A stretch of DNA of 32,000 nucleotides from Trichodesmium erythraeum IMS101 (GTDB taxonomy: Bacteria; Cyanobacteriota; Cyanobacteriia; Cyanobacteriales; Microcoleaceae). Shown here piece after piece: positions 9,184-17,713 of this stretch. Position 1 is the stretch's first letter. Each line of letters opens with the position of its first letter. The notes beneath the pieces are model-generated. The model searched no databases. It saw only the letters and a list, made by a program, of their open reading frames with translations, and was not told where the DNA came from. Made by a program: the position numbers and the translations under genes. The stretch spans positions 3,270,001 to 3,302,000 of the forward strand of contig NC_008312.1 in NCBI RefSeq assembly GCF_000014265.1. The letters run 5' to 3'.

Positions 9184-9256
9184 GCGCCTTTGGCCGATTG
9201 GGGAGGCAGCGAGCTCATAATTCGCTTTCAGGCTGGTTCGATTCCAGCAGGGCGCA
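9184..9256 (+). tRNA. tRNA with CAU anticodon (elongator-Met or lysidine-type Ile2 class), non-canonical D arm and variable loop; copy 1
   Basis: I folded a cloverleaf by hand. The acceptor stem is GCGCCTT/AGGGCGC with one G-U pair and discriminator A. The D stem is 3 bp (GCC/GGC) with loop residues ATTGGGG. The anticodon stem is GCGAG/TTCGC with loop CTCATAA. The T arm is GCTGG-TTCGATT-CCAGC. No CCA is encoded, and the absence of a C1xA72 mismatch argues against an initiator tRNA. Confidence 0.7.
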
Positions 9257-10097
9257 TTTATTTAATAATAAAGGTGAAAAATGTTTTTTATAAACTTTTC
9301 ATATTAGGTTTTGCTCAAAACAAAAACTATTTTTTAAGAGTAGTGATTAGAGGAGTAGGCTGGTAATTCAGCCAAATGAGTTTTTTCTAGAGGTTGGTAA
9401 GTAGTATTTATGGCCTTAGTGAATGTATATAAAAAATCTAAGTTTGGCCAAAAATAAAATTATTTTCAGTTAATAGTTAGGCGATCGCCACCAACTGTAT
9501 TTCCTCTCCCATTATTCTTTATGCTTTATTCTTTTTTGTGATTGAGCCAATACACTTGATCCCTTAGCTGGTCTTGGCCGCCATAAATCATTGTCTACCC
9601 AATTTTATTGAGTACATACTATATTTATGTGATGACAAAAGGGCTAAAAAGCAATCAAGAGTAAGGATTGACCAAAAAAAGTTTAAGAAAAATGAGTCTA
9701 GGTATTGTAAACTAGACTCATTGAAAAGATTATGAACGAATTAGCTATATAATACTATAAATATAAATAAATCGTCAAATAAGAGTAGCAAATTCTGTAA
9801 ATCTCAACAGTGAAACTCTAAAAAAATATCAACAACATAGCTATTGTTATATAGGAAATGAAGTTCGAGGTTGGTTGAATGGGGTTAGAAATTTTGGCAG
9901 AGTGAAGATGAGGGACTAATGGCCAATTATCTGATACATCGGCTGAATTATCAGAAAGGTAAAAGAGCTAGACCTATTGTCAAAGTGAAATGAGCCTTTT
10001 AGTCTTTTGTGCCACCCTTTCAGTGTTTGTTATATATTTGTGATAAATAAGAATAATATTGTCTAAAGAGTGATTATTAATGTATAATCAAAAATAA

Positions 10098-10170
10098 GCG
10101 CCTTTGGCCGATTGGGGAGGCAGCGAGCTCATAATTCGCTTTCAGGCTGGTTCGATTCCAGCAGGGCGCA
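10098..10170 (+). tRNA. Second copy of the same tRNA(CAU), 73/73 identical to copy 1
   Basis: The sequence is identical to 9184-9256. A TATAAT hexamer lies at 10083-10088, about 9 nt upstream. The first ~40 nt of trailer are only about 70 percent identical to the copy 1 trailer, and the upstream flanks are unrelated. Confidence 0.7.
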
Positions 10171-10401
10171 TTTGTTTGGTATTTAAGGTGTCAAAGCTTT
10201 TTTTAATTTTCGATTTTCTGGGCTTTCATATTTAATCACCAAACCTAAGATAGGACATAAATGACTTGTTGGGATTCTATGATAATAATTTCATAAATCC
10301 CTTAATCTTAAGTAAATATAGAACTAGGTATAATTTTTAATTCATCTACCTATCATGAAATATAATATCATATTTCGCACCCAAGGGCATAAACAAACAA
10401 G

Positions 10402-11733
10402 ATGAATCTCAGCAAAAAAACTATTGTAGCCTTTGTCTCTCCAGGAATACCCCTTTCTGCTCTTGGCCTTCCTCTTTTAGTCTATCTTCCCCCATTTTAT
10501 GCAGAAGAAATGGGACTTGGCCTGTCTCTAGTAGGCACAATTTTTATGATTGCCCGTTTGTGGGACGTTTTTACTGATCCAGTTCTTGGTGTTTTCAGCG
10601 ATCGAGTCACAACTCCACTAGGTCGTCGGCGCCATTGGATTATATTATCTGTCCCTATTTTAATGATTTGTGTTTATAAAGTGTTTATGCCAGGAGCACA
10701 AATCACAGGAAATTATCTTCTGTTTTGGATGCTGTTGTTGTATGTCGGTTGGACTCTGCTGAGTATCTCTCATATGTCTTGGGGAGCAGAGTTATCATCA
10801 GATTATTATGAGCGATCGCGAGTTCAAGGTTGGCGAGAGTTTGCTTTAGTCTTTGGTATGTTAGCGGTTTTGATACTCCCAACTATTCTGGAACAGACTG
10901 GAGGTGTTGATAGTAGTACGAAAGTTGCGGCTATGGGTTGGTTTACAATTATACTGCTGCCTATTACTGTAGCGTTCGCTGTGAGTAATGTTAAAGAAAG
11001 AGCTGTGGAACCATCTTGCCAACTTGGTTTCTTTGAGTCAGCTTCTATACTGTTGAAAAATAAACTACTAATACAGGTTCTACTAGCAGATTTAATGATT
11101 GGTCTAATTCCTGGAATTATTGGATCAATCTACATTTTTTTTGTGACTTATGTCATGGAATTAGGTGAACAGTCTAATTTGATGCTTTTACTGTATTTTA
11201 CGGCTAGTTTTTGTGGAATTCCTGTTTGGATGCGTCTTAGTTATAAGTTGGAAAAGCATCGGACTTTTGGTGTTGCTAAAATATATGGTTGTATAGTTCT
11301 TGCTAGTTTATTCCTTGTTCAACCAGGAAATTTATGGTTGTATGCTTTGGTTAATATTCTTTTCGGTATTGAATCTGGTTCGGGAGCATTTTTATTGCGC
11401 TCAATTATGGCAGATGTTACGGACCATGATAATTTGGAATCTGGGACACAACGTACAGGTCTTTACTATTCACTATTAACCATGACTACTAAAGTTGGTT
11501 CTGCTTTGGGAGTTGGGATAATTTATCGTATTTTAGATTGGATAGGTTTTGACCCTGGGGTGGAAAATACTGCGGGAGCAATTGAGGCTCTTAAATATAT
11601 ATTTATTTTTGTACCTATTCCCATTAGTATTTTGGCAGCGATCGTTATCTGGAATTTTCCACTAGACAGCACTCGACAAAAAGAATTACGTCGTTTACTG
11701 GCAGAACGTGATTCTGTGATTAGCTCAAAATAA
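10402..11733 (+). CDS. MFS transporter of the GPH (glycoside-pentoside-hexuronide:cation symporter, MelB-like) family
   Basis: The protein has about 12 hydrophobic segments and the GPH signature region ARLWDVFTDPVLGVFSDRVTTPLGRRRHWI (R..D...DP..G...D......GRRR). Confidence 0.85.
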   Translation: MNLSKKTIVAFVSPGIPLSALGLPLLVYLPPFYAEEMGLGLSLVGTIFMIARLWDVFTDPVLGVFSDRVTTPLGRRRHWIILSVPILMICVYKVFMPGAQITGNYLLFWMLLLYVGWTLLSISHMSWGAELSSDYYERSRVQGWREFALVFGMLAVLILPTILEQTGGVDSSTKVAAMGWFTIILLPITVAFAVSNVKERAVEPSCQLGFFESASILLKNKLLIQVLLADLMIGLIPGIIGSIYIFFVTYVMELGEQSNLMLLLYFTASFCGIPVWMRLSYKLEKHRTFGVAKIYGCIVLASLFLVQPGNLWLYALVNILFGIESGSGAFLLRSIMADVTDHDNLESGTQRTGLYYSLLTMTTKVGSALGVGIIYRILDWIGFDPGVENTAGAIEALKYIFIFVPIPISILAAIVIWNFPLDSTRQKELRRLLAERDSVISSK

Positions 11734-11823
11734 TTCGAGAATTATCAGCTAATATGATTTTGCTTTCTGAAGGTTCAGGACTTGGTCAGGAACCTAGTTT
11801 ATGGGAGGCAGATTTTTAGATAG

Positions 11824-11915
11824 TCAGGACTTACGCTTAGGAACTAATTGTATTGTAAATATATCAAAAAAATTCCAAACATACAATATACATAGCGGTA
11901 TTGCGTAAGTCCTGA
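11824..11915. mobile_element. MITE-like 92-bp element between convergent genes
   Basis: It has perfect 13-bp terminal inverted repeats, tcaggacttacgc (11824-11836) and gcgtaagtcctga (11903-11915). TAG flanks both sides, which may be a 3-bp duplication. A third partial copy of tcaggactt lies nearby at about 11775. Confidence 0.5.
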
Positions 11916-11949
11916 TAGTCAAACATCAATCTAGGCTGCTAACACTTGC

Positions 11950-14900
11950 CTAACCAGTTACGAATGGATCTACGTTGGTAATTCCTGTCAATTTCTTAAC
12001 CTTGACTTTACCGCCATCTTCAGCCAGAATGAATGAGGGTTGATAAACGTCTGTGCCGTAAAAATTGGTTAAGCGCGGCAAATTCACTACACTTCCTTCT
12101 CCGGTGGCGGTAATATCCACATCACCACTAATAGTTCTCGCACCTAAAGTCAGTTTACCTTCATTCCTGGCTTTAATGACAGTATCGCTTTTACCGCTAA
12201 AGCTGTTGACTGCTGAAAAACTCAATGTGCTGTTATCGGCAGACAAATCTACTTCCTTGAGGGTTTTCAGCTTCTTAGCTGTCACCGAGCCGTTATTTTC
12301 AGTCTTAATAAATGAGGGTTGATAAACGTCTGTGCCGTAAAAATTGGTTAAGCGCGGCAAATTCACTACACTCCCTTCTCCGGTGGCGGTAATATCCACA
12401 TCACCACTAATAGTTCTCGCACCTAAAGTCAGTTTACCTTCATTCCTGGCTTTAATGACAGTATCGCTTTTACCACTAAAGCTGTTTGCTGATAAATTCA
12501 ATGTACCGTTATCGGCATACAAATCTACTACCTTGAGGGTTTTCAGCTTCTTAGCTGTCACCGAGCCGTTATTTTCAGCCTTAATAAATGAGGGTTGATA
12601 AACGTCCGTGCCGCTAAAATTGTTTAACAGGGGCAAATTCACTACACTCCCTTCTCCGGTGGCGGTAATATCCACATCACCACTAATAGTTTTGGCACCT
12701 AAAGTCAGTTTGCCTTCATTCCTGGCTTGAATGACAGTATCACTTTTACCGCTAAAGTTGTTGACTGCTGAAAAACTCAATGTGCTGTTATCGGCATACA
12801 AATCTACTACATTGAGGGTTTTCAGCTTCTTAGCTGTCACCGAGCCGTTATTTTCAGCCTTAATAAATGAGGGTTTATAAACGTCTGTGCCGTAAAAATT
12901 GTTTAACAGGGGCAAATTCACTACACTCCCTTCTCCGGTGGCGGTAATATCCACATCACCACTAATAGTTTTGGCACCCAAAGTTAGTTTGCCTTCATTC
13001 CTGGCTTGAATGACAGTATCACTTTTACCACTAAAGCTATTTGCCGATAAATTCAAGGTACCGTTATCGGCAGACAAATCTACTACCTTGAGGGTTTTCA
13101 GCTTCTTAGCTGTCACCGAGCCGTTATTTTCAGCCTTAATAAATGAGGGTTTATAAACGTCCGTGCCGCTAAAATTGTTTAACAGGGGCAAATTCACTAC
13201 ACTTCCTTCTCCGGTGGCGGTAATATCCACATCACCACTAATAGTTTTGGCACCTAAAGTCAGTTTGCCTTCATTCCTGGCTTGAATGACAGTATCGCTT
13301 TTACCGCTAAAGTTGTTGACTCCTGACAAACTCAATGTGCTGTTATCGGCATACAAATCTACCTCTTTGAGGGTTTTCAGCTTCTTAGCTGTCACCGAGC
13401 CGTTATTTTCAGCCTTAATAAATGAGGGTTTATAAACGTCCGTGCCGCTAAAATTGTTTAACAGGGGCAAATTCACTACACTTCCTTCTCCGGTGGCGGT
13501 AATATCCACATCACCACTAATAGTTTTGGCACCTAAAGTCAGTTTGCCTTCATTCCTGGCTTGAATGACAGTATCACTTTTACCGCTAAAGTTGTTGACT
13601 GCTGAAAAACTCAATGTGCTGTTATCGGCATACAAATCTACCTCTTTGAGGGTTTTCAGCTTCTTAGCTGTCACCGAGCCGTTATTTTCAGCCTTAATAA
13701 ATGAGGGTTGATAAACGTCTGTGCCGCTAAAATTGTTTAACAGGGGCAAATTCACTACACTTCCTTCTCCGGTGGCGGTAATATCCACATCACCGCTAAT
13801 AGTTCTCGCACCTAAAGTCAGTTTGCCTTCATTCGTTGCTTCAATGACAGTATCGCTTTTACCGCTAAAGTTGTTGACTCCTGACAAACTCAATGTGCTG
13901 TTATCGGCATACAAATCTACCTCTTTGAGGGTTTTCAGCTTCTTAGCTGTCACCGAGCCGTTATTTTCAGCCTTAATAAATGAGGGTTGATAAACGTCTG
14001 TGCCGCTAAAATTGTTTAACAGGGGCAAATTCACTACACTTCCTTCTCCGGTGGCGGTAATATCCACATCACCACTAATAGTTCTCGCACCTAAAGTCAG
14101 TTTGCCTTCATTCGTTGCTTCAATGACAGTATCGCTTTTACCGCTAAAATTTTTTACTCCAGGTAAAGTAAGACTGGCGTTATTCGCAAATAAATCTACC
14201 TCTTTCATAGTGAGCAGTTTATTTGCTTTAAGTGTGCCACCATCTTTCACCGTAATAGATGAAGGCTGATATAGGTCTTTGCCTGAGAAAGTCTTTAGAT
14301 CGGGCAACTTAACTACACTGTTTTTTCCTTCGGCTAAAATATCTGTGTCGTTCCCTACAGTGGTTAGTCCATTTAAAGTTAGAGTTCCACCATCCTTAGC
14401 CCCTAAAAACAAATCTTTAATATTAGGGTTTCCCTTGGAAAAGTTAATTTTGATGTTTTGACCAAAAACTTCCAGAGTTACATTATCGCTAGACTTGGGG
14501 ACTTTACCACCGCTCCATTTACTAGGGTTATACCAATCACCGCTACCTCCGAGCCAGGAAAGGTTTGCTTGTTCGATGGTAATAGTATTACCATTTAAGA
14601 AGACTGTGGCCCAATCATCCTCGACCTTCATCCGCAAAAACTCAGACTCGCTCAACTCCTCTCCCAAAACAAAACTGACAAAAATTTCCCCTTCATCCCC
14701 AGGGGTATCAAAACTATTAACTTCCCCATCAAAATAATGAGCGTACTCTTCAAGAATTATAGGAGCGATCGCCCCTACATTCCCAGCATTATCTTCAACA
14801 AACTCTTGTGCTAAATAAATGGTCTGTGTCTCTCCAGCAAAAGCACCATTCGCTCCATTAATTTTACTCTCAGAAACAATTTTTATCTGTGGCAAAAAGC

Positions 14901-15126
14901 CGGCATGTTCATTTTGCCAAGTACCAATTAAAGCATCAGCTTTACTAACATCATAACTCTCTCCAAAAGCCAGATTCATTTGCTCTTCAAAATCTACTTT
15001 ACTAGAGAAATTGTCAAGCAAATGTTGAACTATTGGCAGAGCATTTTGTACTACAGAAATTAAATCAATATTACTGCCAATTAGAATATCTGTATCATCA
15101 GAATTCTCCTTTTGAGAACTACTCAA
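11950..15126 (-). CDS. Large repetitive protein, probably surface or secreted: a ~190-aa unique N-terminal domain followed by about 10 tandem 93/92-aa repeats
   Basis: The 1058-aa ORF contains 8 nearly identical units (...NFSGKSDTVI(E/Q/K)A(T/R)NEGKLTLGA(R/K)TISGDVDITATGEGSVVNLPLLNNFSGTDVY(Q/K)PSFIKAENNGSVTAKKLKTLK(E/V)VDL(Y/S)ADN...) plus 2 degenerate units. The N-terminal domain contains IILEEYAHYFDGEVNSFDTPGDEGEIF and GDWYNPSKWSGGKVP. The start codon at 15126 is TTG. Confidence 0.8.
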   Translation of the reverse strand: MSSSQKENSDDTDILIGSNIDLISVVQNALPIVQHLLDNFSSKVDFEEQMNLAFGESYDVSKADALIGTWQNEHAGFLPQIKIVSESKINGANGAFAGETQTIYLAQEFVEDNAGNVGAIAPIILEEYAHYFDGEVNSFDTPGDEGEIFVSFVLGEELSESEFLRMKVEDDWATVFLNGNTITIEQANLSWLGGSGDWYNPSKWSGGKVPKSSDNVTLEVFGQNIKINFSKGNPNIKDLFLGAKDGGTLTLNGLTTVGNDTDILAEGKNSVVKLPDLKTFSGKDLYQPSSITVKDGGTLKANKLLTMKEVDLFANNASLTLPGVKNFSGKSDTVIEATNEGKLTLGARTISGDVDITATGEGSVVNLPLLNNFSGTDVYQPSFIKAENNGSVTAKKLKTLKEVDLYADNSTLSLSGVNNFSGKSDTVIEATNEGKLTLGARTISGDVDITATGEGSVVNLPLLNNFSGTDVYQPSFIKAENNGSVTAKKLKTLKEVDLYADNSTLSFSAVNNFSGKSDTVIQARNEGKLTLGAKTISGDVDITATGEGSVVNLPLLNNFSGTDVYKPSFIKAENNGSVTAKKLKTLKEVDLYADNSTLSLSGVNNFSGKSDTVIQARNEGKLTLGAKTISGDVDITATGEGSVVNLPLLNNFSGTDVYKPSFIKAENNGSVTAKKLKTLKVVDLSADNGTLNLSANSFSGKSDTVIQARNEGKLTLGAKTISGDVDITATGEGSVVNLPLLNNFYGTDVYKPSFIKAENNGSVTAKKLKTLNVVDLYADNSTLSFSAVNNFSGKSDTVIQARNEGKLTLGAKTISGDVDITATGEGSVVNLPLLNNFSGTDVYQPSFIKAENNGSVTAKKLKTLKVVDLYADNGTLNLSANSFSGKSDTVIKARNEGKLTLGARTISGDVDITATGEGSVVNLPRLTNFYGTDVYQPSFIKTENNGSVTAKKLKTLKEVDLSADNSTLSFSAVNSFSGKSDTVIKARNEGKLTLGARTISGDVDITATGEGSVVNLPRLTNFYGTDVYQPSFILAEDGGKVKVKKLTGITNVDPFVTG
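12033..14258 (-). repeat. Tandem array of 8 near-identical coding repeat units with a 279 or 276 bp period
   Basis: The landmark atgagggtt recurs at 12033, 12312, 12588, 12867, 13143, 13422, 13701 and 13980, with a degenerate atgaaggct at 14259. The spacings are 279, 276, 279, 276, 279, 279, 279 and 279. Confidence 0.9.
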
Positions 15127-15646
15127 ATTTTTTTCTGTAGCTTCATACTCAGGATTTAATATATTTTGTCTAAGGTCAGTAATTATATTTATAGGTGGAA
15201 AATTAGAATCATTACTAGGTAATAGGCGATCATCACAAACAAGGCCTAATCCACAAAGGCCATCTCCTGAAACAAAAGGGGATATTTCCTGTGCAAAAAT
15301 ACATTCTATGATAATTTCTGTTAATCACTTCTATTAGGAAGTATTACATACTGAATTAACTCTATTATCAATAATCCACGTTTGCTTAAAAAAAATTAAT
15401 AATCGCCCAAAACCAAGGTATAATAGGTATCGATAAAAATATTTTGAAATTTTTTTAAAGATAGATAAGATTCAAAATTTAGGAACAGGGTTGATGTTAG
15501 ACTCTTCTATCTGTTATTATTTAAAGTTTACTAAGTTGGATAATTTAAGAATGCTCGCGCTAGTATAGACTAAATAAAAACTAAAAATACTTTAGTTATT
15601 AAAACTTCTGTAGTTCTTATAGAGCAATAAACTTATTTATTTTCCT

Positions 15647-17659
15647 ATGATTAGAATACCATTATATCAGATAACTCAAGAAATTTATACTGGAACAAAA
15701 AGTAAAGTTTATCGTGGAATAAATACCATAACTCAACAACCAGTAGTTATTAAAGTTCTGAAGAAAGAATACCCGACCTTTTCTGAGTTATTACAATTTA
15801 GGCATCAATATACAATTACTAAAAATCTTAATTTGGCTGGAGTTGCTAAACCTCTATCTTTAGAAAAATATGGTAATGGTTATGCCCTAATTATGGAGGA
15901 TATTGGGGCAGTTTCTCTCAATACTTACCTGAGTAACCAAAAACTTAATCTGCAAAAGTTTTTGGAGCTGGCAATTTCAATGGTTGAAATTTTAGAAGGT
16001 TTATACCATCATCAGATTATTCATAAAGATATTAAACCTTCTAATATTCTAATTAACCCAGATACTGGGGATGTGAAGTTAATTGACTTTGGTATTTCCA
16101 CATTATTAACTAGAGAAACTCAAGAAGTTATTAACCCTAATATTCTGGAGGGGAGTCTCACATATATTTCTCCGGAACAAACAGGAAGAATGAATAGAGG
16201 TATTGACTATCGGAGTGATTTTTATTCTTTAGGTATTACATTCTATGAGATGCTGACAAAGCAATTACCTTTTGTATCAAGTGACCCCATAGAATTAGTT
16301 TATTTTCATATTGCTAAAGAACCTACTCCACCTGCTAATTTAAATAAAGAAATACCTTTAATGGTAAATAATATTATTCTGAAAATGATCGCTAAAAATG
16401 CGGAAGAACGCTATCAGAATGCTATTGGATTAAAACATGATCTACAAATTTGTTTAAATTATTGGCAAAACAACAAAAATATTCCTTTATTTGAGTTAGG
16501 AAAACGGGATATTTCTGACCGCTTCAGCATTCCAGAAAAGCTTTATGGTCGCCAAAATGAAGTTAATAATTTATTAAGTGCTTTTGAAAGAGTTGCTGCA
16601 GGTAAAAGTGAAATAATGTTAGTAGCTGGTTTTTCAGGAATTGGTAAAACAGCAGTAGTTAATGAAGTTCATAAACCAGTAGTTCGTCAACGAGGCTATT
16701 TTATTAAAGGTAAGTTTGACCAATTTCAGTGCAATGTTCCTTTTAATGCTTTTGTACAAGCATTTCGTAATTTAGTGATACAATTGCTAAGTGAAACGGA
16801 AAATAATTTACAGAAATGGAAGACTAAAATTCTCTCAGAATTGGGTGAAAATGGGCAAGTTATTATTGAAGTTATTCCTGAACTAGAATCTATTATTTCT
16901 CCTCAACCTGCAGTGGCAAAATTATCAGGAACTGCGACGGAAAATAGGTTTAATTTATTATTTTTAAAGTTTATTAAAATATTTGCTTCTCAAGAACATC
17001 CATTAGTTATTTTTTTAGATGATTTACAGTGGGCAGATACAGCTTCTCTAAAATTAATGGAATTGTTGATGAGTGATAAAAATAGTCAGCATTTATTATT
17101 GATAGGAGCTTATCGGGATAATGAAGTAAATCCGGCTCATCCTTTAATGTTAACATTAGAAGAAATAGGCAAAAATTTAGCTGTAATTAATACTATTATT
17201 TTAAAACCACTAGAACTAACTTCTGATTTAAATCCCTTAGTAGCAGATACGTTTAATTGTTCTCAAGAAATAGCATTACCTTTGGCGAAGTTAGTCGGTC
17301 AAAAAACTCAAGGGAATCCTTTTTTTATTACTCAATTTCTCAAAGCATTGTATCAAGAAAAATTAGTGACATTTAATTATAAGGCTGGTTATTGGGAGTG
17401 CGATATTGCTCAAGTAAAATTATTTTCTCTAACCAATGATGTTGTAGAATTTATAGCAAATCGTATCCAAAAGTTGTCATCTGAGACTCAAGAGGTGATG
17501 AAATTAGCGGCTTGTATTGGTAATAAGTTTGATTTAGAAACTTTAGCTATTGTTTCAGAAAAAAATATTGTAGAAACAGCTAATAACTTGTGGCAAGCAT
17601 TGCAAGAAGGATTAATTTTACCTGTTACAGAAGTCTATAAGTTTTATATTTCAGAATAG
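15647..17659 (+). CDS. Ser/Thr protein kinase + AAA_16 (STAND-like) ATPase, forming the N-terminal segment of a multi-kinase interrupted by an in-frame TAG
   Basis: Hanks kinase motifs are present: VVIKVLKK, HKDIKPSNILI, KLIDFGIS and LTYISPEQTGRMNR. These are followed by a P-loop (VAGFSGIGKTAVVNE) and a Walker B motif (VIFLDDLQWAD). Confidence 0.85.
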   Translation: MIRIPLYQITQEIYTGTKSKVYRGINTITQQPVVIKVLKKEYPTFSELLQFRHQYTITKNLNLAGVAKPLSLEKYGNGYALIMEDIGAVSLNTYLSNQKLNLQKFLELAISMVEILEGLYHHQIIHKDIKPSNILINPDTGDVKLIDFGISTLLTRETQEVINPNILEGSLTYISPEQTGRMNRGIDYRSDFYSLGITFYEMLTKQLPFVSSDPIELVYFHIAKEPTPPANLNKEIPLMVNNIILKMIAKNAEERYQNAIGLKHDLQICLNYWQNNKNIPLFELGKRDISDRFSIPEKLYGRQNEVNNLLSAFERVAAGKSEIMLVAGFSGIGKTAVVNEVHKPVVRQRGYFIKGKFDQFQCNVPFNAFVQAFRNLVIQLLSETENNLQKWKTKILSELGENGQVIIEVIPELESIISPQPAVAKLSGTATENRFNLLFLKFIKIFASQEHPLVIFLDDLQWADTASLKLMELLMSDKNSQHLLLIGAYRDNEVNPAHPLMLTLEEIGKNLAVINTIILKPLELTSDLNPLVADTFNCSQEIALPLAKLVGQKTQGNPFFITQFLKALYQEKLVTFNYKAGYWECDIAQVKLFSLTNDVVEFIANRIQKLSSETQEVMKLAACIGNKFDLETLAIVSEKNIVETANNLWQALQEGLILPVTEVYKFYISE

Positions 17660-17713
17660 TCAAGTGCATTAGCAACTTTTCAGACAATAGAAACTGAGGC
17701 TAGTTATCAGTTT

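Noticed and set aside
9257-10097. Tiny ORFs between the tRNA copies (for example a 21-aa MIYGGQDQLRDQVYWLNHKKE on the minus strand and a 22-aa MANYLIHRLNYQKGKRARPIVKVK on the plus strand)
   Set aside because: They are too short, have no ribosome-binding or conservation evidence available here, and cannot be distinguished from chance.
9184-10170. The idea that the duplicated tRNA suppresses the in-frame TAG in the multi-kinase gene
   Set aside because: The anticodon is CAU, not CUA, so nothing in the sequence links the two observations.
12033-14258. Possible CRISPR array or non-coding satellite, because of the regular tandem repeats
   Set aside because: The period is 276-279 bp with no repeat-spacer alternation. 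The array lies inside one uninterrupted ORF, and the variation keeps the reading frame (a 3-bp indel).
12065-14737. Plus-strand ORFs of 60-89 aa (12065, 12344, 13721, 14000, 14279, 14495) with the repeating sequence MVKRGKFTTLPSPVAVISTSPLIVLAPKVSLPSF...
   Set aside because: They are antisense shadows of the 279-bp coding repeats of the minus-strand 1058-aa gene. They recur with the same 279-bp period, and the minus-strand frame is the only one open across the whole array.
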